64,000 nucleotides of DNA from Clostridia bacterium (GTDB lineage: Bacteria; Bacillota; Clostridia; Christensenellales; CAG-138), in contig JAVBWI010000026.1 in the NCBI GenBank assembly GCA_036677445.1, positions 271 through 64,270 on the forward strand. Reading direction: 5' to 3'. Of the stretch, positions 26,180 to 36,054 are shown one piece after another; the first letter of the stretch is position 1; the number at the start of each line of letters is the position of its first letter. The notes beneath the pieces were generated by a model. The model made no database searches. It saw only the letters and a program-made list of their open reading frames with translations, and was not told where the DNA came from. The position numbers and the translations under genes are program-made.

Positions 26180-27274
26180 ATGAAGACTGTATTTGTGTGT
26201 TTTCTTTCATTGGTTATGCTTTTTTCCATTGCAGCTTGCGCCACGGAAGTGACACCGGCTGCTTCTCCGGGCACACCGGCGGAGTCAAATCCGACGGATG
26301 CCGTCCCGCCGCCTGCCGAGGAAACGCAGCCGGCCCAAACGGCTGAAAGCAAGGAACTCGTCATTTATTGCCCGCATCCACTCGAGTTCATCGACCCAAT
26401 AGTGAGCGAATTCGAAAAACAGACCGGCATTACGGTGGAAGTGATTGCTGCCGGTACCGGCGAACTGCTCAAGAGGGTAGAAGCGGAGGAATCCAATCCT
26501 TTAGGAGATGTTTTTTGGGGCGGCTCACTTTCGACCATGGAGCCGAAAAAGGATCTGTTCGAGCCTTATGTATCCGCGAACGAAGACGCGGTCATTGAGG
26601 AATGCAAGAACATAGACGGCAATATCACCAGATTCACCTATATTCCAAGCGTAATCATGGTCAACACGAACCTGATAGGCGACATTAAAGTTGAAAGCTA
26701 TGAGGATCTTCTGAACCCTGAATTAAAGGGCAAGATCGCTTTTGCCGATCCCGCCAAGTCGTCTTCGTCCTTTGAACATGTAGTCAATATGCTTTATGCC
26801 ATGGGCAAGGGCAATCCTGATAATGGATGGGGCTACGTGCAGGCGCTTTGCACAAATTTGGACGGCAAGCTGCTTTCAGGCTCATCCGCGGTCTATAAAG
26901 GAGTCGCGGACGGCGAATATACCGTAGGCCTTACGTTCGAAGAAGGCGCAGCGAAATATGTGGCATCCGGTGCGCCAGTCAGCGTCGTCTATATGTCGGA
27001 GGGCGTGATATCCAAGCCTGACTGCGTCCAGATCATCAAAGGGGCGAAAAATATTGAAAACGCCAGGAAGTTCATCGATTTTTGCACCAACAAAGAGATT
27101 CAGACGCTGATCGTGAACCAGCTCAACAGACGCTCCATAAGAAACGACGTCCCTCCTGCACAGGGTTTGAAGGATTTGAGTGAGATCAATCTCATTTTCG
27201 ACGATCCCGAGCTGGTAATCGCAAACAAGGAAGCATGGATTGAGAAATTCGCAGATATATTTACGAGCAACTAA
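26180..27274 (+). CDS. ABC transporter substrate-binding lipoprotein (Fe3+/polyamine/thiamine-class SBP)
   Basis: The ATG follows AAAAGGAG. Lipobox SIAACA and a Pro/Ala/Glu linker, then a class II SBP fold resembling the FbpA/PotD-like group. Confidence 0.85.
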   Translation: MKTVFVCFLSLVMLFSIAACATEVTPAASPGTPAESNPTDAVPPPAEETQPAQTAESKELVIYCPHPLEFIDPIVSEFEKQTGITVEVIAAGTGELLKRVEAEESNPLGDVFWGGSLSTMEPKKDLFEPYVSANEDAVIEECKNIDGNITRFTYIPSVIMVNTNLIGDIKVESYEDLLNPELKGKIAFADPAKSSSSFEHVVNMLYAMGKGNPDNGWGYVQALCTNLDGKLLSGSSAVYKGVADGEYTVGLTFEEGAAKYVASGAPVSVVYMSEGVISKPDCVQIIKGAKNIENARKFIDFCTNKEIQTLIVNQLNRRSIRNDVPPAQGLKDLSEINLIFDDPELVIANKEAWIEKFADIFTSN

Positions 27275-27347
27275 ACGCCTTTTTTAGGCCTGCCTGTACA
27301 GCTTGATTTTGCAGGCAGGCCCATTCTGTATTTTGTGGAGTAAAACA

Positions 27348-28460
27348 ATGAGCATCGCAATCGATATTTGTCGTATAAGCAAAAGATTTGGTAAAACAAC
27401 GGTGATTTCCGATCTGTCCGCACATATTGACAACGGCGAGTTTTTTACATTGCTTGGCCCGTCAGGATGCGGGAAAACCACGCTGCTGCGGATGATTGCA
27501 GGTTTCTATGGTGTGGAAGAAGGAACGATCAGCTTTGACGGCCAGGTTATCAACGATATCCCCGCCTTTAAAAGGAATATCGGAATGGTTTTTCAAAACT
27601 ATGCCATATTTCCACATATGACCCTGCGTCAGAATATCGAATATGGACTGAAGCTTAGAAAGCTTCCCCATAGTGAGATAAAGAAAAAGGTCGATGCCAT
27701 ACTGGAAATTGTACAGATCGGCGATTATCAGGACAGATTGCCTGAAAATCTTTCAGGCGGACAGCAGCAGCGAATCGCCCTGGCGCGGGCGATCGTAATC
27801 CATCCATGTGTTTTATTGATGGATGAACCGCTGTCCAATCTGGATGCAAAGCTGCGCATTGAAATGCGAAGCGCAATAAGAGAAATACAAAGAACCGTCG
27901 GCATCACAACTGTATACGTGACCCATGACCAGGAGGAGGCACTGGCTATTTCCGACCGAATCGCCGTCATGAAGGATGGTGTGATACAGCAGATTGGCAA
28001 GCCCGAGACCATCTATACCCGGCCGAAGAATGTTTTCGTTGCGTCCTTTATCGGGCATTCCAATCTTTTCAAAGCGACTTTGTCTTTGGAAGAAGGCCAG
28101 GCATATGTCGTATTTTCGGATCATTTTAGGATCAAAACGGCGAATTTGTGCGATAAGGCTGTTCATGGGCAACAAGTCATTGTGAGCATCAGGCCGGAAG
28201 AATTTTATGTTTCCGAAAGCGGCGTTACCGCCCGTATAAAAAACAAAACATTCCTGGGAAAGTACGTAAACTACGTCATCGATCCAGTCGATTTCCGTTC
28301 CTTCGATACCGTTGCGTCCGCCGAGTTTTGCCAGGATATAGGGAGCTGCAGGCGGCTTTATGAACCGGGCGAAAGCATTTGTCTTGGCGTCAACGCCGGC
28401 AAAATGAATGTTTTTACCGAGGATGGGAGAGAAAACCTTCTCAAGGAGTCCGGTATATGA
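27348..28460 (+). CDS. ABC transporter ATP-binding protein (PotA/FbpC-like, C-terminal TOBE-type domain)
   Basis: Walker A GPSGCGKTT, signature LSGGQQQRIALARA, Walker B LLMDEPLSNLD. Confidence 0.9.
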   Translation: MSIAIDICRISKRFGKTTVISDLSAHIDNGEFFTLLGPSGCGKTTLLRMIAGFYGVEEGTISFDGQVINDIPAFKRNIGMVFQNYAIFPHMTLRQNIEYGLKLRKLPHSEIKKKVDAILEIVQIGDYQDRLPENLSGGQQQRIALARAIVIHPCVLLMDEPLSNLDAKLRIEMRSAIREIQRTVGITTVYVTHDQEEALAISDRIAVMKDGVIQQIGKPETIYTRPKNVFVASFIGHSNLFKATLSLEEGQAYVVFSDHFRIKTANLCDKAVHGQQVIVSIRPEEFYVSESGVTARIKNKTFLGKYVNYVIDPVDFRSFDTVASAEFCQDIGSCRRLYEPGESICLGVNAGKMNVFTEDGRENLLKESGI

Positions 28461-30115
28461 TGAGCAGACTGAAGCAAAAGATGGATTTTTGGAATATCGT
28501 CACGCTTTGCATTGGGCTCTTATTTGTATTGTTTCTGGTTTACCCGGTGTTCTCCCTGATTTTGAGCGGATTTCGCAGCACCTCCACCGGGGCCTTTTCA
28601 CTGAGCAATTTTGCAAAGTTCTTTGAAAGAAAATATTACTATCAAACGCTGCTTAACTCGTTTATGGTTTCAACATGCGTTACGCTGCTCTCTACCATAA
28701 TCGGGACGATGCTTGCCTGGATCACCACCCAATATAAAATAAAAGGGAAACGCCCCATAGAAGTTCTTGTTATTATTTCTATGCTGTCCCCTCCGTTCAT
28801 TGGCGCGTATTCATGGATATTGCTCGCGGGAAGAAGCGGTCTCATTACCAAATTTGCATCGGAATTTCTGGGTATCACGGCGCCGACAATATACGGGTTC
28901 GGCGGTATCGTGCTCGTTTTTACTCTGAAGCTGTTTCCGTTCATATACCTGTACGTATCCGGTGCGCTCAAGAAAATCGATGTTTCTTTGATCGAAGCGG
29001 CAGAAAGCTTGGGGTGCAAGCCCGTAAAAAAGCTTGTGAATATCGTTATGCCGCTCATACTCCCTACTATGCTGGGCGGCAGTCTGCTTGTGTTCATGAA
29101 TTCTCTTGCGGATTTCGGCACGCCGATGCTCATTGGAGAAGGATTTCAAGTAATGCCGGTTCTGATATATTCCGAGTTTATCAGTGAAGTCGGCGGGAAG
29201 GCAAACTTCGCGGCCGCAATAGCGTCCATTATGGTGGTTATTATCGCATTTCTGTTTTTTATACAGAAGCATATTATCAATAAGAAATCATTCACCATGA
29301 GCTCGCTTCGGCCCATGAAGCCAAAGCCGATATCCGGAATAAAGGCATTCATTTCCTATGCATTTATATTCATCGTCGTGTTTCTTGCGATTATTCCGCA
29401 GTTGACGGTGACCTATACTTCATTCCTTAACACAAAGGGTTCAATGTTCACCAGCGAATTCTCGCTGAAAAGCTATGAAGTCGTATTCGATAAATTGTCC
29501 GGCGCAATATCCAATACTTATTTGTTCGGCCTCGTCGCTTTATTCTTTATATTGCTGCTGGGCATGTTCATTGCGTACCTTGCGGCAAGGCGCAAAAATC
29601 TGTTTACAAATCTGCTCGACACCTTGACGATGTTTCCGTATATCATACCGGGGTCCGTATTGGGGATCACGCTGCTGCTCAGTTTTAACCAAAAGCCTTT
29701 ATTGCTGAGCGGAACCTGTGCTATAATGATCATATCATTTGTAATCAGGAGATTACCATATACGCTCCGATCAAGTGCCGCGATACTCTATCAAATCAGT
29801 CCGAGCTTAGAGGAAGCCTCGATCAGCCTGGGGTGTCCCCCGGTAAAGACATTTTTTCGGATTACAGCGGCGATGATGCTGCCCGGCGTATTTGCGGGCG
29901 CAATATTGAGTTGGATAACCGTAATCAACGAACTGAGTTCCTCCGTAATACTTTATACGGCCAATACGAAAACGATGTCCGTAGCGATCTATACGGAGGT
30001 TATCCGGGCGAGCTATGGTACGGCGGCTGCGCTTTCGGCTATATTGACCGTGACCACGATCATATCACTGTTAATATTCTTCAAAATATCGGGGAAAAAG
30101 GACATCAATCTATAG
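28457..30115 (+). CDS. ABC transporter permease, fused two-domain (FbpB-like)
   Basis: Start overlaps the ATPase stop. About 12 TM helices in two MetI-like halves, each with an EAA-type loop (IEAAESLG, LEEASISLG). Confidence 0.88.
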   Translation: MMSRLKQKMDFWNIVTLCIGLLFVLFLVYPVFSLILSGFRSTSTGAFSLSNFAKFFERKYYYQTLLNSFMVSTCVTLLSTIIGTMLAWITTQYKIKGKRPIEVLVIISMLSPPFIGAYSWILLAGRSGLITKFASEFLGITAPTIYGFGGIVLVFTLKLFPFIYLYVSGALKKIDVSLIEAAESLGCKPVKKLVNIVMPLILPTMLGGSLLVFMNSLADFGTPMLIGEGFQVMPVLIYSEFISEVGGKANFAAAIASIMVVIIAFLFFIQKHIINKKSFTMSSLRPMKPKPISGIKAFISYAFIFIVVFLAIIPQLTVTYTSFLNTKGSMFTSEFSLKSYEVVFDKLSGAISNTYLFGLVALFFILLLGMFIAYLAARRKNLFTNLLDTLTMFPYIIPGSVLGITLLLSFNQKPLLLSGTCAIMIISFVIRRLPYTLRSSAAILYQISPSLEEASISLGCPPVKTFFRITAAMMLPGVFAGAILSWITVINELSSSVILYTANTKTMSVAIYTEVIRASYGTAAALSAILTVTTIISLLIFFKISGKKDINL

Positions 30116-30140
30116 GATCATAAGGCGTTGAGGCATTGTG

Positions 30141-31874
30141 ATGCAAGGGGAAAGAAGTCAAAACTTTAAAAATCAGTTAAGGCGGGCTTTCTTGCTGTAT
30201 GCGCTGACGCCTATGATCTGTTTTTCCCTCGTTATATACGCAGTTTTGTTTTTTGTATGGTATTTGGCGATATTCAGCCATGCGAGTGACGGCAACGCGA
30301 AAATCACGCATGCCCTAAACACGGTATACTCTTCATATTCGAACGATCTGGAAAGAATGAAAAACGATACCCGCCTGGATGCGCTTTTTGCGGGTGAGGA
30401 ACCGGAAATCGGCTTATACGAAGAGTTTTATGCATCCTCGAATACGTCCGAGACAGGGTGCAATTTCTTTGTGCTGGATAAAGAGCTGAAGATTCTCTTA
30501 AGCAATACGACGAATTCACCGTGGTACGCCGAATCGGCCTATATGGAGGATTATGGAATTATAAAATTGATAAGGGATGATCCCAAAGCAATATCCATCG
30601 ACATTACAAAGCTGGGGAACCGGGATTCTACGTTGTCGCCTATTATTATGGGTACCGCCATAGAAAGGGACGGGGAAGTGGTCGGTTATATTACTTTAGA
30701 CCTGCGCTACCATGATCTCATGCAGGTGATTAATATGCATACTTCAAATGATATTTTAATTACCGATCAAAACTATAATATCGCCATTACAACCAACCAC
30801 AAATTCTCCGACGATTTTGGCAAACTGGCCGTCCTTTTGCGGCGTGACGACCGGTCCTTTCCGAATCTGAACGATTTTAATTATGTTCGGCAAAGAGATT
30901 TTTTCGACAATCGTCTGTACCTTTTCAGCATTACTTATACCGGCGTTGTGAATTCCGCCTTTTTATATGTCGGCGCTTTTCTGACCGTCTTATTCTGTAT
31001 ACTTACGTTTATCATGGTGAAATCCGCCAAACGCATTGCCATACAAAAGACAAAGGTAATGGATATAATCGTTGAAAGGATAAAAGGAGTACAGGAGGGG
31101 GATCTTGATACGACCCTGCAAATCGATACGAATGATGAATTCAGGATTATTGGGGACGCGTATAACAAAATGCTCAATGATATCAAGCATTTGATCAATG
31201 TGAATTCCGAGATCATACAGAGGCATGCAATTGCTGAGATCAAACAGCTCGAATCGCAGTTCAACCCGCATTTTTTGTTCAATACTTTAGAAACCATCCG
31301 GTATATGATACAGCTTAAACCAATGATTGCCTGTCAGATGGTTTTAAGCTTATCCGCATTGCTGCGGTACAGCATCAACAATGAGAAAAGCCATGTGACC
31401 CTCCTTGAGGATCTAGAGTATACAAAGAACTATCTGCAGATTCAAAAATACCGGCTGAATAATTTGTTTGAATACAACATCGTACTTGACAAAGGCGTGG
31501 AGGACTGTGTCATACCCAAACTGATTATTCAGCCCATTATAGAAAACGCTTTCAAGTACGCCCTAAAGAACGATCAAAAGCTCATTGTCGATATCAATGC
31601 GTATTTTTCTGGTAGCGATCTAGAAATATGTATTCGTGATAACGGCATAAGCATGTCACCGGAAGAACTCGAAAACATACGGACATTGCTCAATAGTGAG
31701 GAAAACAAATCATTGCACATCGGGCTTTATAACGTGCAGCGGAGAATCAGGCTGATGTATGGGAAGGATTACGGCATCCAAATAAACGGTGAAAAGAACA
31801 GAGGCACGGTTATAAAAATAAGAATGCCTCAGTGTAAAGGAGGTGGTGACCTTGCTCAAAGTAGTCATTGTTGA
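30141..31874 (+). CDS. sensor histidine kinase, YesM/LytS-type (His_kinase + HATPase_c)
   Basis: Two TM helices flank an extracytoplasmic domain, followed by HAMP. H-box region QFNPHFLFNTLETI and a C-terminal ATPase. The GTG at 30138 is an alternative start. Confidence 0.85.
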   Translation: MQGERSQNFKNQLRRAFLLYALTPMICFSLVIYAVLFFVWYLAIFSHASDGNAKITHALNTVYSSYSNDLERMKNDTRLDALFAGEEPEIGLYEEFYASSNTSETGCNFFVLDKELKILLSNTTNSPWYAESAYMEDYGIIKLIRDDPKAISIDITKLGNRDSTLSPIIMGTAIERDGEVVGYITLDLRYHDLMQVINMHTSNDILITDQNYNIAITTNHKFSDDFGKLAVLLRRDDRSFPNLNDFNYVRQRDFFDNRLYLFSITYTGVVNSAFLYVGAFLTVLFCILTFIMVKSAKRIAIQKTKVMDIIVERIKGVQEGDLDTTLQIDTNDEFRIIGDAYNKMLNDIKHLINVNSEIIQRHAIAEIKQLESQFNPHFLFNTLETIRYMIQLKPMIACQMVLSLSALLRYSINNEKSHVTLLEDLEYTKNYLQIQKYRLNNLFEYNIVLDKGVEDCVIPKLIIQPIIENAFKYALKNDQKLIVDINAYFSGSDLEICIRDNGISMSPEELENIRTLLNSEENKSLHIGLYNVQRRIRLMYGKDYGIQINGEKNRGTVIKIRMPQCKGGGDLAQSSHC

Positions 31875-32691
31875 AGATGAGGATATCATACGCAATGGAT
31901 TTGCGCATACGATTGACTGGCTGTATATGGATTGCGTGGTAATAGGCTCGGCGCCCAATGGCCGTGAGGGGCTGCGCATGATACGGAGCCTTTGCCCTGA
32001 TGTCGTTTTTACCGATATCAAGATGCCGGTGATGAACGGAATCGAGATGCTGGAGGAGGCGAATAAGCATTGTTCTTTCAAAAGCGTTATCCTGACGAGC
32101 TTTTCCGAATTCGATTATGCGCAAAAGGCGATCTCGCTCAACGTAACCGAGTATCTTTTAAAACCCGTTGACGAACGGAAGCTGAGGGAACTCATCAGCC
32201 GGATTAAAGGTGAAATTGAAGAAGGGAAGATATATAACGAAATATTGGAAAAGACAAAGGATATGAGCGCACTGAAGCTCGACAGCCTCAAAATATATAC
32301 GGATTATTCCAATGCTGTAAGCATATATACGGTTGAAGTGTTGGACCAAATCAAAAAGAATTATGCTAAAAAAATAAGCATAGACTCCGTTGCCGAGGAA
32401 CTGGGAATAAGCAACAGCTATTTAAGCAGAAAGTTTAAGGACGATACCGGCCTGACTTTTCATGATATGCTCAATCGCTTCAGGCTGCAAAAGGCGATTG
32501 AATTGCTCAATAAGGGGATTTATCGGGTATACGAGGTTTCGGATTTAACGGGATTTTATGACTATAAGTATTTCTGCAGCGTTTTTAAGAAGTACATCGG
32601 AGTTTCTCCTACCGAATTTTCAAAAACCCGCAAAATTATCGTAACCAATGTGGCCGAGAACCTTATCGGAGAAGAAAATGTCCAAAGATAA
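31843..32691 (+). CDS. response regulator with AraC-type output (YesN-like)
   Basis: Receiver domain (VVIVEDE, TDIKMP) followed by an AraC HTH (FCSVFKKYIGVSPTEF). The start is approximate; a TTG at 31852 is also possible. Confidence 0.85.
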   Translation: MVTLLKVVIVEDEDIIRNGFAHTIDWLYMDCVVIGSAPNGREGLRMIRSLCPDVVFTDIKMPVMNGIEMLEEANKHCSFKSVILTSFSEFDYAQKAISLNVTEYLLKPVDERKLRELISRIKGEIEEGKIYNEILEKTKDMSALKLDSLKIYTDYSNAVSIYTVEVLDQIKKNYAKKISIDSVAEELGISNSYLSRKFKDDTGLTFHDMLNRFRLQKAIELLNKGIYRVYEVSDLTGFYDYKYFCSVFKKYIGVSPTEFSKTRKIIVTNVAENLIGEENVQR

Positions 32692-32902
32692 TCGATTTTT
32701 GCTCCTGTGACCTGAATGACACACCCCTTGATTAAGATGGCGTCCGGCAACCCCTGCCGGCAGCATTTGCCGTAGATGTCCGTGCAGAAGAGTATATAGC
32801 TACGAAAACCAGCGGCATCTATAATCACCTGACTTGCCATCGATTTAGGTGATTATAGACGCCATGCGTTACAGCAACTACTTTCCTTGCTAAAAAGGCT
32901 CC

Positions 32903-33604
32903 TTATGCCGCGTTCAGGTGAAACGCGGTATCGGCGGCGTATTTCTTAAAATGCGTCATCAGCAATGCAATAAACACCACCCAGGGTATCAGGGACAGCA
33001 AAGAAAATATCATACCTAATACACCGGCCGAAGACGGGATTATCATGAAAAATCCGGAGACCAATCCCCACAAACCAACCGATTTTTTAAATTTGGGGCT
33101 TTTTATTAATGCGTAGGCGAATAGTAAGAGGCATATGGTGCTCAATACATAGTAGACATCAAACGCGGTACCTGTATACCCTGCCATCAGGGCCTCGCCG
33201 GCCGCAAGATAAATGATTTGCTGCTCAGCCAGCGCCTGAAAATACTGATTACTTAAGGTCAGCATTTCAAATGCCGGATTGGATGGATAATAACAGGCAA
33301 TACCGATCAAGCCCAGTATAAGCGCCAAAAGAACGGTAACGGGTTTTTCCCGATATAGGAGGACAAAAAGGGCCAAATAGATCACAACGATGATGAGGTT
33401 ATTAAACAGATACAGAAAATCCAGGCTCAGCAGCCCTAAAAATGCATTTTGCCGATAGAGTTCAAATAACCCTTTCACAGTGTCCGGTGGCGGTGCGATC
33501 ACATAGACAATGATCTGCATGGGTATCAGAATGAGCATCACTAAAGTCAAATACCAGGCAACGCGATAAAGCGGCTGAAAGTTGATTTTGAAACCTTGAA
33601 TCAT
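32903..33604 (-). CDS. multi-pass membrane protein (DUF4386-like)
   Basis: ATG at 33604 follows AGGAGG. 233 aa with about six TM helices. The family call is tentative. Confidence 0.65.
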   Translation of the reverse strand: MIQGFKINFQPLYRVAWYLTLVMLILIPMQIIVYVIAPPPDTVKGLFELYRQNAFLGLLSLDFLYLFNNLIIVVIYLALFVLLYREKPVTVLLALILGLIGIACYYPSNPAFEMLTLSNQYFQALAEQQIIYLAAGEALMAGYTGTAFDVYYVLSTICLLLFAYALIKSPKFKKSVGLWGLVSGFFMIIPSSAGVLGMIFSLLSLIPWVVFIALLMTHFKKYAADTAFHLNAA

Positions 33605-33629
33605 GAATATTACCTCCTGAAAAATCTTT

Positions 33630-34211
33630 CTATTTTTTAAATAAATACTTTGTAATTTTCGCAAGTTCCCTTTTGATACTTTCTTGCTCCAAGGCCCCAT
33701 TGGAAGACAGGCTGAGCATAATCATTCCCTGCAGGGCATAGATCATCGTCTTTGCAACAACTTCAATATCATCGGTATAAATAATACCTTCCTGCGTTAA
33801 TCGAAAAAACGAGGTCTGCCACATACGGCCAAATCGTTCCTCGAGCTTTTGATAGCTGTCATCTCCTTCCGGTTGGACAAATGGATAGAAGTAGAAAAAA
33901 CGAAAAACATTCGGGTGTTTTAAAAAAAACTCCGCATAGCAGAAGAAAGCGCCCAGGATTTCTTCTACAGGGTCTTCATTGGTATAGGGAACGGTATCCA
34001 GCTCGGCAATCATATCCTCTACCATATCAAGGCGCAATGCCCATAACAGCGCATTCAGGTCCTTAAAATAGTAATAAAGATTGGTATACGAATAGCCTGT
34101 TACTTCGGCCAAATATCGAACGGTAACGGCTTCATACCCCTTATCATGGATGATCCCTTTTGCAGCCTGCATGAGTTCATTCTGGGTACGTTCTTTTTTT
34201 GTTTGCTTCAT
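33630..34211 (-). CDS. TetR/AcrR-family transcriptional regulator
   Basis: The ATG follows GGAGG. The N-terminal HTH is VTVRYLAEVTGYSYTNLYYYF. Confidence 0.85.
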   Translation of the reverse strand: MKQTKKERTQNELMQAAKGIIHDKGYEAVTVRYLAEVTGYSYTNLYYYFKDLNALLWALRLDMVEDMIAELDTVPYTNEDPVEEILGAFFCYAEFFLKHPNVFRFFYFYPFVQPEGDDSYQKLEERFGRMWQTSFFRLTQEGIIYTDDIEVVAKTMIYALQGMIMLSLSSNGALEQESIKRELAKITKYLFKK

Positions 34212-34226
34212 ACGGCCTCCGTGTTA

Positions 34227-34288
34227 TTTAACTTAGTTCAATTATTTTAACTAAGTTAAATATATGGCGTGTTTCCCGCTAATGTCAA
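34227..34288 (-). promoter_or_regulatory. promoter candidate plus perfect 12-bp inverted repeat (putative TetR operator)
   Basis: On the minus strand, TTGACA (34283-34288), 18 nt, TATATT (34259-34264). Directly after it comes TTTAACTTAGTT-N10-AACTAAGTTAAA (34227-34260), 16 nt upstream of the TetR ATG. Confidence 0.5.
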
Positions 34289-34806
34289 GCGGTTTTTACG
34301 AAAATGATCGATATTTTTTTCAGGTGCGGCCGGCATCATGTAAGCGATGAATACACAGGCCCCAAGATCGCTTCATCGGGGAATTGTGGGCAAGAGAAAC
34401 AAGTTTAAAAAATTTGCATCGTATCTAAATAATTAAACGCTGAAATATGATAGCTGAATTATTTGTTTTAATTCGCTATAAGGACAGGTAAAGTATGTTG
34501 GGCAATATTGCGGGTGAATTGTTTGCGGCAATAGCTGAAAATAAGTGTGTGGAATTATTTAAATTAATTATATTTATTGCCAATTTTTTAGTTTTAATTC
34601 AATCGTGTATTTCAAAAAGAGCCGAATATTGGGCGGTTGAACGCGATTGAACAATTAATAGATGTGCGATTTTTTTCACCTTCCGGAACCAATAAAATTC
34701 ACAAAAATCGAGCAAATAATTGTTCGCGGCATTTTTTACTTAGGAATTGAAGCATTATAAAGAATATTTAATAGAGATAATAGCGCGAATATAAATAATT
34801 CGAAAT

Positions 34807-36054
34807 TCATTTCGGCTTTGAAAAACACAAATAGTAGTAGTTCGACTGGCTGTCAAACCCTGCGCCCAAACGCGAAAAGATGCCCATGATCTGATAGAGT
34901 ATGGTCTGATTTGCGGCCGTGCAGACGATTTGGCCGCCGGGCATTAACAGGCCGTACAGCGATGAAAAGAAGGCCTCCCTGTTCTGAATATCCTGCGAGC
35001 CGCTTTCCACGACAATATAGTGATACGACCTGCTTCCGAAATGGCGTTCCACATCCTCAATGGAGGCATACGCGGCCTCTTCGCATATGGTTTGCAATTC
35101 AACCATATTGTAGGGCTGTTCCGAAAGGTAGTAAAGGCGGACATTTTTACTGCCGTGGCTCTTGCAGGCGTTTTTCAGCTGCAGCACCGTTGTGCCATAG
35201 GATTTGCCGATACCTAAAATATTGATATCGTCCCCGCCGCCAAATGTCAAAATGTCCAGCACATTGTAGTCGATCAACCCGGCCACATAGGGGTCTACCC
35301 CGAATTTTCTTACAAACAGGCGCTTGTTTCGCATTTGCAGCGTCCTGTCCTTTGCATATTCCTCGTTGAATGTCCGGGCGCCGAAGTGGTGCACAAAAGC
35401 ATCCTTCGCTAAAATGACCTTGTAACCCAATCTTCGGATTGTGAAGCAGATCGCGTCGTCATCGTAACAGCCGGGGTTGAAATCCTCGTCAAACCCGCCC
35501 AGGGATTTAAAAAGCCCGCCCCTGTAGATCGCGGCGTAGGTCGAAAGCTTCAGCCGCTCCTCCCACAGGCCGGGATTGCTTACATTATAGCGTTCAGCGG
35601 CGGCCTGCATTTCGTCCATCGTCTGGTAGGGCAGGGAAATCTGCTGATAGTTGCAGGAGGCGTCGCATATCGGCACCGCCATGCCGACCTTCGGATCGGT
35701 TTCCATACAAATCAGGAGATTGTCGAGCCAGCGGGTGGTCGCTACAATGTCATTGCTGACATTCATGATATATTTCCCCTCGGCAACGCGGAAACCCTGA
35801 TTAAAGGCCTTGCATACGCCGATATTTTCCGGGAAACTTATTTTTTTTGCGTTGGGCAGGCTGTCGAAATATTCCTTTGTTCCGTCCGTCGACCCGTTGT
35901 TGACGGTGATCAGCTCAAAATCGATATGCGACGTATAGCGGTATATGCTTTCGATGCACTGCCGGGTATACTCCTCCAGATGGTTATAGGCGAGCACCAC
36001 GATGCTCACCAGCGGGGAAACCGCGGTTTTGTCCGCCGTCGAATCTATGCGCAT
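34807..36054 (-). CDS. family 2 glycosyltransferase fused to a methyltransferase-like C-terminal domain
   Basis: ATG at 36054 follows AAGGAGAG. GT2 motifs VSIVVLAYN, NNGSTDGT and a DxD-like NVSNDI. The C-terminal 170 aa has a Rossmann-like ILGIGKSYG segment. Confidence 0.8.
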   Translation of the reverse strand: MRIDSTADKTAVSPLVSIVVLAYNHLEEYTRQCIESIYRYTSHIDFELITVNNGSTDGTKEYFDSLPNAKKISFPENIGVCKAFNQGFRVAEGKYIMNVSNDIVATTRWLDNLLICMETDPKVGMAVPICDASCNYQQISLPYQTMDEMQAAAERYNVSNPGLWEERLKLSTYAAIYRGGLFKSLGGFDEDFNPGCYDDDAICFTIRRLGYKVILAKDAFVHHFGARTFNEEYAKDRTLQMRNKRLFVRKFGVDPYVAGLIDYNVLDILTFGGGDDINILGIGKSYGTTVLQLKNACKSHGSKNVRLYYLSEQPYNMVELQTICEEAAYASIEDVERHFGSRSYHYIVVESGSQDIQNREAFFSSLYGLLMPGGQIVCTAANQTILYQIMGIFSRLGAGFDSQSNYYYLCFSKPK

